Assembly: GCA_026026165.1 (NCBI GenBank)
Contig: JAPEUD010000023.1
Coordinates: 186,001 to 250,000, forward strand
Origin: Sarea resinae
Taxonomy: Eukaryota
DNA length: 64,000 bases
Direction of reading: 5' to 3'
In this document: piece by piece, positions 15,325 to 28,080 of the stretch
Position numbering within the stretch: the stretch's first letter is position 1
Layout: every line of letters starts with the position of its first letter
Translations under genes and position numbers: made by a program
Notes under the pieces: generated by a model
Told to the model about the DNA's origin: nothing
The model's database searches: none
Seen by the model: the letters and a program-made list of their open reading frames with translations, nothing else

Positions 15325-16404
15325 ATGACTTCCTTTCGGAATATCCTCTTTGTCTCTCTCGTCTTTGCCTTCTTCGGTGCCTTCGTCTATGCCGAACAGA
15401 CGTGGAAGGACACCGAAGAGCTCCCCAGCATCGAGGTCTTCCAACAACTTCTGCAGACCGTCCCGGAAGAGTCGTTGCACGCGGCTCTCCATGACTACTC
15501 GCCCACCAAGTTCAAGCACGGCGTGTTCCGGGGTGACCGCACGGCAATGGAAGCGGTGCATAGCACCGACCCGGAAATGGCTTCCAAGCTGATCTCGCTG
15601 GCAAAGCGTCAAGCTCCAGCGAATACCAATACTACCGACACGGACACAAGTACGGCGATGAGCTCGGCCACCTCCACCACACCTGCCACCACGAGTGCAA
15701 CGTCCACCTCGCACTCGGCCACGGACACACCCGGCAGCTCAACCCAGATCCCGAGCAGCACCAGTCATACCTCTGGCAGCTCTCCTTCGACGAGCACTCC
15801 GACCTCGACCACCGCAGCGCCCACTTCCCAATCCACGTCTTCCACCTCGGATACTTCCACTTCGACGACCCCGTCATCGACGTCTGCATCCTCGACCCCA
15901 GCGTCCTCGAGCTCACCGAGTGCATCCAGCACCACGTCAACCTCTTCGACGTCCTCGGCTGCTGCATCGTCTTCCACTTCGACATCTACGACCTCATCCG
16001 TAAGCAGCACCTTCTCGACAAGCACCACCTCTTCAACAACAAGCACCACCTCAACATCAACCACGTCCTCCAAATCATCCACCAAAGCCTCCTCCAAAGC
16101 GTCCTCTACTACTTCCGACTCGTCCACGACCTCCGCCACATCAAAGGGTAAACCCAGAACCTCGACCTACTACCACACAACCACTCTACCCAATGGAGCC
16201 AAGAGCACGGTTACGGCCGTGACCGTTGTAGCTGGTGCTGCCCAATCCGGTGGCGCTTCTTCGGCCGATCCAACAGCCGCAGCTCAATCGTCGTCCACCA
16301 CGAGCGCCAAGCCCGGTCTCCAGACTGGCGCCGCACCGGCTAGAATGGGAGCAGAGATGCTGGCATTGGTAGGCGGAGCGGTTCTAGTAGTCGCGATGCT
16401 GTAA
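15325..16404 (+). CDS. Secreted Ser/Thr-rich, probably GPI-anchored cell-surface protein
   Basis: ATG in CACCATG context; signal peptide MTSFRNILFVSLVFAFFGAFVYA; KR dibasic site before a long Ser/Thr stalk; C-terminal TGAA...LALVGGAVLVVAML GPI-type signal. Confidence 0.85.
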   Translation: MTSFRNILFVSLVFAFFGAFVYAEQTWKDTEELPSIEVFQQLLQTVPEESLHAALHDYSPTKFKHGVFRGDRTAMEAVHSTDPEMASKLISLAKRQAPANTNTTDTDTSTAMSSATSTTPATTSATSTSHSATDTPGSSTQIPSSTSHTSGSSPSTSTPTSTTAAPTSQSTSSTSDTSTSTTPSSTSASSTPASSSSPSASSTTSTSSTSSAAASSSTSTSTTSSVSSTFSTSTTSSTTSTTSTSTTSSKSSTKASSKASSTTSDSSTTSATSKGKPRTSTYYHTTTLPNGAKSTVTAVTVVAGAAQSGGASSADPTAAAQSSSTTSAKPGLQTGAAPARMGAEMLALVGGAVLVVAML

Positions 16405-17467
16405 AAGCTTTTTCTCATCATCATCATTGCTCGACTTGCATTTGCATTACTTGGGAGCATGCGGGATCTTTTCCTTTTCTCTTCATTGCACACGATTTTT
16501 ATGGCTTATCCACTCTACGACGCACATGCCCGTTGAATACGACTCTCCTTAAATTGTCTGACTAGAGCTTCTATCATGGGGCGCTTTGGAATTTAGCTCT
16601 CTCTCTCTCTCCGCTATTGCTCCTTGTTGATATGGTACAGCGTCATTGAGTGCTGGTGAGACCGGAGAAGTAGAGGGTGAATTTCCGGCCAGGTGGGAGA
16701 AGGTGGTGGTGGTGGTAGTGGGAATCGCGCAGGAGGAGAGCATGGTATGGAATGGTAGGGAAGGGTAGGGAAGGGTATGGTATGGCAAGGAACGGTAAGG
16801 TCAGGGTAATGGGACAGCATGGCATTGGCATTGGCATGGCATGGCACGCGAATCGGGCGTCTTGCATTTTGTTTTTTCTTCTCTTTCAAAACTTCATTCC
16901 TTTTCTTCTTCCTTCTTGCTCGGACCGTACCAGGGCGTTTTCCCACCACCATCCCGTCGGCCGCCTGTCTAGTCAGGCAGTCGCTTATTTAATCCATCAG
17001 ATAGATTTCTCTCGTCTCGTACAGTTCAATACAATACAGTAAGCAAGCAAGCAAAGCAAGCAATACGGGGGGGGTGACAATACTAGAGCATCACATTTTG
17101 GTGTCGTTCTTATGTTTACATAGTACTGTGACACCGCCATCACCATCGCCATCACCACCACTATCACTGTCACTATCATTAATACTATCGTTGATATCAA
17201 CAGCAACATCAACTTCAGACGTGCATTTTTCCATCTCTCTATGTAAAAAAGGGACTACACATCCGCCCCACACTAAAAAGGGGGGGGCGGTCGAGGATAT
17301 CTAAAAAGGGAAAAAACAAAAACAAAAAAGGACAAGAGTACAATACAGCCTATTACGTGCTTGCCATGTTCCATGTTCCATGTTCATGCCCACACACACA
17401 CACACACACACACACCCTCTGTCTGTCTTTCTCACTCATCGCGGGCGGTCCAAGACGTCGGGTCCGC

Positions 17468-18453
17468 CTAAGCGGTCGTGGCCTCGGCCGGGGTGCTCTC
17501 GACGGCGGAAGTCGGGTTCGCAGCCGGGGCGGCCTCGACGGGGGCCTGGGCCTCGTCCTTTTTGGCCTCGAGGGCGTCCTGCTTGGCGTCGCCGTTGGTC
17601 TCAGCGGCGGCGGGGGCGGCGGCGGCGGCGTCATCGTCCTTGCGGGCCTTTTTGATCTCGGCGACAATGTCCTTCTCGAGGCTCTTGGGCGACGTGGTGC
17701 TGGCCCAGCGGCCCTTGACCTTGCCGTCGCGGCCAACGAGCCACTTCTCGAAGTTCCACTTGACGCGCTTCATGCCGAGCAGGCCGGGCTTCTCGTGCTT
17801 GAGCCACTCGAACAGCGGCTCGGCGTGCGGGCCGTTGACGTCCGTCTTGCCCAGCACGGGGAAGCTGACGCCGTAGTTGAGCTGGCAGAAGGATTGGATG
17901 TCGTCGTTGGAGCCCGGGTCCTGCGACAGGAATTGGTTGCAGGGAAAGCCCAGGATCGTGAATTCGTCGGGGTATTTGGCCGAGATGTCCTTGTACAGTT
18001 TCTCGAGCCCTTCGAATTGCGGTGTGAAGCCGCATTTGGAGGCCGTGTTGACGACGAGCACGACTTTGTTCTTCAGGTCGCCGAGGGGGTAGACTTCACC
18101 CTTTTCTGTTTTCGGTCAGATGATGGTCAAGGGGATGAAGAGAGGGGGGCGAGGGGGAGCGCGGTCGGAGAGGATGATGGGAAGAGATGTTGAAGATTGC
18201 AAAAGAAAAAGAAAAGGAAAGGTGGCGACATACTGTCCTTGGGCTCAAAGTCATAGAAGCTGGTAGCGGAGGCCATCTTGGTCGACGGATCGGTGGCTGC
18301 TTTTGAGGATGACTGATTACTCCAAAGGTTCAAGAACGGTCGATTCTTCTTCGCGATGAGGAAGCCGGGCTTCTCTGATGCTGGATGCGATAGTGACGAC
18401 GGGGAGGTTGTTCGGCGAAGGGTGGATTGGAAGAGGGAGCGCGATGCTTGCAT
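17468..18453 (-). CDS. HYR1: Cys-type glutathione peroxidase (Hyr1/Gpx3-like); intron 18106-18233; possible starts at 18453 and 18276
   Basis: MASATSFYDFEPKD-KKGEVYPL...VVNTASKCGFTPQ, LGFPCNQF, KWNFEKWL; Ala/Glu-rich C-terminal tail. Confidence 0.93.
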
Positions 18454-18982
18454 GGGATTGCAAGCGAATGGAATGAAGAGGGAGACGAAATAGAGAGGCG
18501 CCCGACGTAAGAAGAAATGATCGAATCGAATGGGCCGAGTCGAGTTCGAATGAGTGAATGAAGAATGAATAATGAGGGCCGCGTTACTCGACACGGTTAC
18601 GGTGGAGAAGGTTTCCTTCCGGGGTGGAGCAGCCGAGCACGGACGGGGAGAGGAGGGAGGTCTGGATCGTCGGGGCTTTGTCAGCGGAAGGGCTTTGTCA
18701 GTGGTGGTGTGGTTTGTGTTGATCGATGAGTTGGTACGCAGTACTCGTGAGTCTCGAGTACTCGGAGTATTCGAGCGAGTCTCTCATGCCAAGGAGGGTA
18801 CCGAGTACGAGGAGGATGAGTCCCCTTGCTCCTTCGACGGAGTACTGAGTACATGGTCGTAGGGTGGATGTATCCCGTCATGCAATATCCCATACGGTAC
18901 TGAAGTACCTACCATACCGTCGTTCCCCTTCCCCCTTACTGCCCAGTACGTCCCTCACGTAGTTGTGCGTAGCGACCGTGAA

Positions 18983-19040
18983 TCTACTCTGTACCATCTA
19001 CTCTGTACCATCTACTCTGTACCATCTACTCTGTACCATA
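18983..19040. repeat. About 4 tandem copies of ATCTACTCTGTACC near the edge of the AT-rich block
   Basis: Direct reading. Confidence 0.85.
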
Positions 19041-21279
19041 CTTGGTAGTAGGTCAGGGCTAGAGGAAGTAGGGTACCTGAAGTAGGAGGTAAGCTACCTT
19101 GGGAGGCAAAGGTAGAGTAAGGGACGCGGTACGGTAAAGGTAAGGTAAGGTAAGGTGAGTACCTCAGGGCTATCCATCAGCCTAAGGTACCTGACCTTAC
19201 CCACCAGTAGTCATGCACTGTGACATCGAGGGCTTGTCGGGTCCTCGGTCCTAGTGCCTCTAGTCCCCTTAGGTAGGTAGAGTACTGCAGTACTACAGTA
19301 CCCCTTAACTCTAGGATGTCAGGAACTTCGAGGCCTTTTTCAGTCGGGTTTGACGCTGTTTTTAGCGGCCAATGTCCTGTGGTAGTAACCAAATACTTAA
19401 GTAGTTTGTACCTAGTGACTTATTGTCCTTACCCTATACATATACTCACCCGCTGTTTTCTTGTTATCTGTCTCTCACTACTTAGATGCATAGGTCTAGC
19501 AGCAACAGAAAATAGAGACCTCTTATTACAACAGTCTCTTAGAACTGCCTATATAATCTAAAGGCAAAACTTAAGAAGATAAGTCAAGAAACTTTAAGAT
19601 AGCTATTAAGCGTTATAGTAGTAAGCAATAATACACACTTAAGCACTTAAGCTAAGAGCACTATTTGTACTACTATAAACAAGTTAAGAATAAGACTATA
19701 AAGAAATTGCACTTGCTTTTAACTAACAATTATATTTGTGCGCTAAAGCAGAAATAAACAAGGTAAGCTATTTCTTTTAATCTATATACATAATTAATAA
19801 AAGTTATAAATACTGCAAATTTATAAGATTTAACTAGCTTAACTATCTTATATATACTTATAAAGAGGATTTTATAATCTTCTTAGAATAAGACCTTAAT
19901 ATATATACACACTTAAGGAAAAAAAGCACTTTATACTTAGACTAGAAACTACTAAGTATATTATACTACAAATGCACTAGTTACAGAATTAATAAAATAA
20001 TTATAAAAGCTATCTTAAATATATACTTAGGCTATCTACTTAGGTTTAGGTACTTAGCCTAAATTAAGGTTTAAGTAAGTTAGCCTGCCTAATTATATAA
20101 TTAGGTTAGGTTTAGGTAGGCTTAATTAGCTGTAGAGCCTATAGCCTACCTATTAGGTATATACAAGTTGATTAATAAGATAAGAAGTAGATTAATAAGA
20201 TAAGATTATTAAAAGGTAATATATAGAGGTAATATCTAGAGAGTAAATGCAATAAAACTATAGGAATTATAGAATAAGAATTATAGTATAATAATACACT
20301 CTATATATTTAGTTTATAGTGTCCTACATAATCTACACTATATAAAAACCACTAAATCATTCTCTAAACCTTTATAATATAGTATGTTTTACTAGAACTA
20401 ATTCTACTCTAATAAAGATAAATATATGCTGTAGCATATACAAAGCAAACTACTATAAGTGTAACTATTCACACAATTAAGAAAGAAATAGACTAGTTCT
20501 AAAAGAGAGCCTCTATACCTTTAACCTAACAAATAAATTATCTATAGTTAAACGCAGGCGCTTTCTTTAAGACAATATAGATTAAGCGTTGTTATACCTA
20601 GAGTGTTAAAGCAAAGACTGCTGCTATAAAGCAGGTTTATCTAGCTGCACTATAGATAGAGGTAGAAGTAGTAAAGAGTGCTTATTATTAGAAAACCTAT
20701 ATAGGTCTGTGTTATCCTATATTGTAGGCCTACTATTAACTAAGGTTAGCTTATTATTATTACTAATAACAAGTAAATAATTATTAAATTCAGCTAATAG
20801 CGTGTGTAGAGTGTTATAGTAGGCCTAGGTACCTATAGGTAACCTAATTAGGCTGTAGGTATACCTACCTGCTTATATAATTAGGCGGGCCTATAGGTAG
20901 GCTTAATTAGTAGTAGGACCTATTACTTACCTAGTAGGTTATAGCAAGTTAATCTAATAAGATAATAGGTAAATCTAATAAGATAACAGAATATTCAATT
21001 AATAAGCTAATAGAATAATACATATCCTTTAGATAGTAAAGGTAGGTAATATATTAAGGTAATATTTTATAGAGAGAAAGTGAAATATTATGTACTTAAG
21101 TATTAATTTACATGTGATCTAGAAGACTAAGATAGAACTAATTGCAATAAGCTTTTTCGCTTTGCTCTTACTCTTTTAAACAAATTATTAATAGCTAGCC
21201 TCTTCTATCTTATTTGTTAGCTTAAGTTAGATGCGTTTAACAGTGAATTAGAGTAGGAAGGTATAGTTTAAGAGATAAT

Positions 21280-23930
21280 AGAGAGAGAGAGAGGTAAAGT
21301 TTACTTATCTCTTAAAAAGCTATATAAGTCATTAGATTCTATTCTCTAATTACTAAGATCTTACTCTTTAGTGTCACTAATAGTTAAAGAAGAGTCTTTA
21401 AGATTAATAAGCATTGTATAATTAACCTTATTAGTGCTCTTAAGAGCATTATTAGAGACTGTATTGCAACCCTTAGCACTAAGCTAATAACAATTAAAAT
21501 GCTTCACTATTATAACGTTCTAAATAGTTTCTACAACTAAATAGTTCCTCTAAAATATAATTAGATCTTATGCCTTATTAAAGGTCTGTTCTACTCTAAC
21601 AACAGCACTTAGAATTGCTAGAATGTCTTTTACTATTTGTTATAAGCACAGTTAATAGTAGGATCGCTAAAACTATTACTTATTAGTATTGTATATAATA
21701 AGTAGAACATATTACTAAAAAGTGTTACCTAGAGTAGATCTTTATAATCTAAGGAAAGAGATCTTAAGTATTAACTAATAGAGTCTTTTATTATTAGATT
21801 CTAGTTCTAAAGAACTTTAGCCCTTACTAGATCATTAATATTAAGAATAGATAAGGTAGCTTAAGCTGCAGTTAAAGTAACTACCTCCTTTGTCTTATAG
21901 TTTTACTAGTAGTAGTCTTTAAACTCCTACTAATATTGTTAAAGATAAGACGTCCTCTAATTATCTGACTAAATTATATAGGTTAGAATATCTCTAGAAT
22001 TGTACTAAAGACAGGCTGCAACTTACTTTATAGAGGTTAAGCTGTGTAGCAGGGTCTAGAATACATGCTATATTAAAGATAGTTCTATATAGTCCTTTAG
22101 TATTCTAATAGTATTGCAAGAGCTTAGCTTTTACAGCTTAAATAGTAGAAGTAAGCTCTTTTTTCTAGGGAATCTGTTTTAGCTAAAGCTTTTAAAAATG
22201 TAGCTTAAGATGCTTAAAGAGCTGCAAATAGATAAACTATGTCTTATAGATAGTAACACCTTTTGTATAAGAAACAGCGCGAGTCTAGTTATTAAATAGT
22301 TTTAGTAGGATAAGTAGGTAGCGCACTTAATCCTAACCTGTAGCTAATACCCTAGCATAGCAGATTGTACTTTTATATTTGTTAATAAGGAACGTCTAAA
22401 TAGAGTCCTTTAGTCTCTAGGCACGCGCTAGCATGTTATAAGTTAAGTTCTATTAAGTCTTTACATCTTAGATTATGTTTATAGGATTAGCCTAATGCTC
22501 TTAAAAGCGTGTAGATCGCTATAAGAATGCTGCTATATAAACAGCAATAGTCTAGATCTAGAAACATTAGTAGTTATATATAAAGAGATATAACGCACAA
22601 ACCTTTTAAAGTGTGCTGTTAAATAAATCTTTAAGAGAGAGGCTAGTTAGTGCCTTATAATCTTTATTAGACTAGGTGTCTTAGATTAACTTATTAGATA
22701 CAGTGATTTTTAATGCTTTATTAAAAGCAACTACTGCAAGCTGTATAACATAGGCTATACATAGCATATAAGCGACATTATAATTCTAGAATATTTAGTG
22801 TCTTATCTCTAAGAGTATAGCAAGTTCCTTCCTTATAGTGTTGTTATTACTAGTATTATCTGTTGTAATTGCAAGCACTTAGTCCTATATAAAATGTTAC
22901 CTAAAGGTGTTACTAAATGTAAACAGACTTACCTAGATATTAAAGCACTTTAATCGCTTAAGTAGAAGCTTAGCTATGTTTTTCCTAGTGTGCTTACTAC
23001 TAAGGCGCTTAAAGCTAAGTAAAACCTCTTAATAGGTCTAGTCCTTATTAATAAAGTATCCTATAATTAAAAGGAATAATATCCTATTTAGGCTCTGCTA
23101 AGTATTAAAGGCAATAGAGATCTTTGTTTTTAGCTCTAGCTTTTCTAGAATTAGAGGCACAATCTCTATATAGCGATTGTATATCTTGTTATGTATCTAT
23201 TGCTGACTAGGTATCTTAAGGTCTAGCCGACAAATTTTAAAGGACTGCTAAAGCTAATAATTCTTAACAATCCTCTATAGTAGATTTACAGAGATAATTA
23301 TCTTTAGCAAGATACTCTTCTATCTGTTAGTTAAGAAAGGCTCGCTTACTAAGGCAGAGTTTTATAGTTGTGTAGTTCTCTAGAGATAAATTAATATAAA
23401 TGTTACTAGAATGTGTTACTAGAGGAACTCACCTTAGCCTATAGTAAATCAAGCCTTTACAACAAATTTAATAGAGTAACTTTCTAACAATTAACAGATC
23501 TATAGTGCCTTTTTATAGCAGATATACCTAGGCCTTTTACACTTAGATAGCTAAGTCGCTTAGTATAGCTCTTACATACAATTCCTAGTAGGCTAGACTT
23601 AATATCTGCGACCTATAAGAAGTAGGACTATGCTTTACTAGTCTAAGTCTTAGAGCTCTACTAAGGGTTTCTACAGTTCTTAGTTCTTCTATAATCTGTG
23701 GTTTTCTACTAAGAATTAAAGTTATTCTTATAGAAACTTTGCTAGATAATGCAGTGGTTTAAAGAGTTGTGTTAAAGAGAGGAAAGAGGTTGTTAGGTTA
23801 GGTATAAGATAGTTGTAGTAGAGTTAGAGTTAGAGAATGTAGAGAGTTTAGTGCTAGTAAACGACTTATTACAATTAGAAGAAATATCTGTAGAGATAGT
23901 AAGGATTTTAAAGGACCTTAAGTTTAACAT
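21280..23930 (-). pseudogene. hAT transposase of element B (RIP-inactivated, with introns)
   Basis: Back-read motifs ISIAF(D)T(W)QS, AITTDN(A)SNN, C(M)A(H)VIQLAV, II(Q)DVKT(RW)N(S)TY and the dimerization motif DILAI(P)SAVV(G)VE.TF. Confidence 0.88.
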
Positions 23931-24199
23931 GCTAAAGTGAAATAAGGTGCAGATTAGAACGTACAATCACTAAAAAAACCCTTAACATTGTTTAACTAGG
24001 AGTATATATATTGTTTTAAATCTATACACTAGAAAAAACCTAAGGGCAGAGAGGAATAAAGTAGATAGGTAAAAAAACAAGAAATTGTAAAGCGAGATTT
24101 AAAGGAATAGATTTGCATTTTAATCTCCTAATGTTACTAATTTATGTTACTAAGCATTCCTTAGAAAATAACTAGTATATAGGCTAAACTAAAACTATA

Positions 24200-26350
24200 A
24201 CTATAGCTAAGCACTATTTAGCTTAGAGCTTGCACTCTCTTTCTTTACTATAGCTAGAAGACCTATCTCTAGCAACATTTATAGTATCTCTCTCTACTAT
24301 ATTGCTAGGATGCTCTAGAGCTACTGCATCCTATTCCTTTATACTCTTCTAGCTAGCTAAATTAAGAGAGGAATGCTCTAGGACTACTACCTCTTATTCT
24401 CTAGTGCTATCCTAGCTAGTTAGGTTAAGAGAGAAATGCTTAAGAATAGTTGCCTCTTATTCTCTAGTGCCTTTCTAAGTAGTTGAATTTAGAGAATTAA
24501 TCTCTACCTTCTCTTTAATATCCTTAAGCTCTTTTTAGTCTTTAGTAGTCTCTTTAATAAAGTTAATATTAGATTAAAAGGCTGTATTATCTTCTTTATT
24601 ATTAGAAATAACTACTTTAGTTTCCTCTATACTAATTGCAGCAAACTTATCCTCTTTATCTATGTCTATAAAATTAGAGAGTGTATTAGGATTGTCTATA
24701 TTTAAGAGAAATTCTATTATAGTTGCTGTTAGATTATTATCACTAGCAGCGATAAGGTTATTATAGCTATACTTATAGATATCTTATTTATAGCGTCTAA
24801 TAACCTTCTTTAATCGCTATCTAATGCGCTTACCCTAAGCTTTAAAAGATAGATCTAGTGAATTAGGCTTTTCTATATCTATAGGCTATAAACTTAGTTA
24901 GATCCTCTCTTTAATAATATAATATTACTAAAGAGTGTTACCTCTTCTTTAGTACCTTTCTTATCCTTCTTATTCTTTTCTAGTAAAAGAAGATTTACTA
25001 CATTAGTAATTATCTCTTTGTTCTTATTTGTATGTCTAGCTAATCTCTTTAAAGATAAGTTCTAGCGTGACTCAATCTATTTAGCTAACTAATAGTTAAA
25101 GAATCGACGTTCTATTAGCTTTGCTAATTTTAGTTCTATAATTTGCTTGTTAAAGGCTATATAAGTAGTAGAGTTAAGGCTTTTATAGCTAGATTCTTTG
25201 TGTAGCTTGTAGTAGAGCTTTGATTTTGCTACACAGTTAGCAGCATCTGCGCGCTTTACCTCTAACTTATAGGTATTGTTATTTAGAGCTAGAGCTGCTC
25301 TTTCTAACTTAGTTGCCTTGTCTTTAGCTTTCTTAAGCTATACTTTAGCTACCTTTTATTTAACACTATAAGGAATAACTCCTAGCTAAAGTTTAGGTGC
25401 AGTATAAGTGTAAGGAGATTTCTTAAGCCTTATAACAATGCTTAAGATCTAGGTATTACACTTAGCAGCTCTCTTAATAGTTGTATCTGCAGCTAATAAT
25501 CTAAGGACCTTATAACAGTGTAGTAGGATATCTTCTTCTTTAGATGCATTACTAGAGCTGCTGTATATAGTTAGTAAGTATCTAGAATAATAATGTTACT
25601 AAAATGTGTTACCTTTCCTAATTCTAAGGTATCTTTATAAGAGCCTTACAGCAGCGACTAAGAGTGATTTCTTTAAGTTTAGGAACCTTATAGCAGGTAG
25701 GAGTAGCGTTTCTAGTCTTAACAGCCTTGTAGTAGCAGCTAGAAGAGATTTCTTTAACAAGCAAATCACTAGAGCTAAATAAAGTAGTTAGCAAGTATCT
25801 AGAATTATAATGTTACTAAAAGGTGTTACCTTTCTTTACTCTAAGATTGTTAAGTAATAACTAGGCTGCTATTTGTCAGAGTATTCTAATTAGCAGATGC
25901 GTTACTAGAGCTTTAATCTAGTTAATAGGTATTTAAGACTATAAAGTTACTAAATTGTGTTACCTTTGCTCTTCTTTAGGCTGCTCTTTTAATAGAGGTG
26001 TAATCTCTTAGTATCTAGAAGAGTTAGAATTATCACTGCTATTAGAGCTTAACTTGCTATTATCTGCTCTAGTGACACTAGATTTATAGTCCTTAGAAGG
26101 ATTTATCTTATCTAGCTTTTATTGTTTGCTTTAAAGTAATAAGTTAGTTATTAGAATACTAAAATACTACTAGAAGGTGTTACCTTATTATATTAGGTAT
26201 TAGGCTAAGTTCTTTAAAGCCTTTCTTTAGTATTTTTATTGAAATATTTAATAGTTCTAGCTAGCTTCTCTTACCTCTTATTCCTATTACCTTCTCTACT
26301 CTCTTTATTAGAGGCTGTATTATAGGGCAAATCTATCTTAATATTAGAGT
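24200..26350 (-). pseudogene. Unknown multi-intron accessory ORF of hAT B
   Basis: Short GT..AG introns; peptides AKLIERRFFNY and A(W)GKRIR.RLK match those of the equivalent region in element A. Confidence 0.55.
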
Positions 26351-26372
26351 AAGATTTAGCTATAGTAGCAAG

Positions 26373-26510
26373 GTAAAAGGTCTTAATACTAATAAAAAGG
26401 TCTTAATATTAATAAAAAGGTCTTAAAACTAATAAAAAGGTCTTAAAACTAATAAAAAGGTTCTGAATAAGATAAAAGAGTCTTAGAAGTAATAAAAGAG
26501 TCTTAAAGTT
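26373..26510. repeat. 20-bp tandem repeat (TAATAAAAAGGTCTTAAAAC-like, about 6 copies)
   Basis: Direct reading; lies between the accessory ORF and the H3-like gene. Confidence 0.85.
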
Positions 26511-27645
26511 AATAATTAGGCTCTTAAAGCAGATAAGATAGTCCTAGCAATAATAGAAGTGCTTAAGAAGTAATAGAAACACTTAAAAATTAATAAAATA
26601 GGTTGATAACTAATAGAATTCCTTTAAAGTTAATAAAAAGCTAGGTTAGTAATAGTATATAGGTAGTTAGGTGCTGCTTCCTATCCTATTACTATAATAT
26701 ACAGCTTTATATTCACTGAAAAAGGTATGTACTTTCTTATTAACTAATCTTATTAACACCTTATATTTACCTTAACTAGTATATACTAACTGCATTAAAT
26801 GTGCCTAACTATAGAGTATATAGATTTCTACTACTTAGTTGCTTCTAACTTCCTACATCTTACAACTTAGTGTATATTAATGCTAATAAGGTGTAGCATT
26901 AAATTCTATTAGTTTTTAATAACTTTTTATTAATCCTTTGCTTATACTATCTAATTACTACTCTTATAGTAGTCTCTAGTGATTTGCAGACTCTCTACAC
27001 AACTTTTTAAAGTGAGGTAAGTTAAAGAAAACATTTTAATATATTCTCTATAGTAGCATAGATAGCTAATAGCCTTAGACAAAGAAAGAGGTTTATAAGA
27101 TACTACTCTCTTATTAAACTTAAAGTATATTAAGACAGACTCTACTACCTAGTAACACCTTTAGGTAACATTTGCTTTTAGAATGCCTTAAGCTTAGACT
27201 ATATTAGTAGCAGCCCTATTTTTTACTTTATACTCTAACATCTATTAGCATGCCTAAGACAGGTTAAAAAACAGCTTGTAAGACTATACCTACTTCTAAA
27301 ACTAGTTGCAAATCCACTAGCAAAAAGCTTATTGCAGCGCAAAGGAAAGTTATTACTAGTAGTAGTAATTAGGCTTGTAAGAACATTATAAGGCTAGGTT
27401 CTTATAAGAAGGCTAGTAGTAAGCGCTTTAACACTAGCACTTTTACCTATTGTATAGCAGAGTATAATAAAGCTATAACTATATAGAATAAAGAGAAGGC
27501 TAATACTACTATATATAGAGCAAATTTCACTAAGGTAAAGCTAGTCTATCTATTCTAAGCTAAGCCTAGCAGTAAGTCTCTCTATCTACTAGTAACACTT
27601 TAAGGTAATATTTTTAAAGCTAAAGCTTTATTAGAGATTTAGCGT

Positions 27646-28049
27646 TGTAGAGGAACAAAATAGACGCACTAAATCAGTGCTAAAGCAGAACACCTAGATA
27701 GTCCTAATAACTCCTTATGTAGTCGACAAGATAGCTATAACAACTACTTAACAACCTACTACTAAGGTATAATCAGTGGAATAGCACAAAGCAGAGGGAT
27801 TAGAAGGTGACTGCTCCTCTAGGAAGGAAGTAGTAGGAGAACTCTTAATTAATTGATTTAACTGAATAATAAAGAACTGCCCTGCGCTTAAAAGCTGCCT
27901 GAAAAACTAAACATAACTAAACTAACAAACTTCTCTAAATTTTGTTCCTTACCCCTTAACGTAACACTATCCTCCTTAAACTACATGCCCTAAGAACAAT
28001 GCACGTGATTTGCTGACTAATCCTAACCGAACTATTCTGACCTATAATA
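27646..28049 (-). repeat. 3' LTR
   Basis: Colinear with 39100-39503; followed on + by TCCTTCCCCTC (28050-28060), a polypurine tract on the minus strand. Confidence 0.95.
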
Positions 28050-28080
28050 TCCTTCCCCTCTACAAAGTGAAAGTTGCCTC

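Noticed and set aside
17357..18193. 278-aa plus-strand ORF, and similar antisense ORFs over the dehydrogenase and the Ser/Thr-rich gene
   Set aside because: Shadows of GC3-rich coding sequence on the opposite strand; no independent motifs.
19217..20027. Possible LTR or DNA-transposon fragment at the left border of the block
   Set aside because: No partner terminus, TSD or protein motif could be identified.
26373..26510. Repeat array resembling a CRISPR
   Set aside because: Head-to-tail repeats without unique spacers, in a eukaryotic context with no cas genes.
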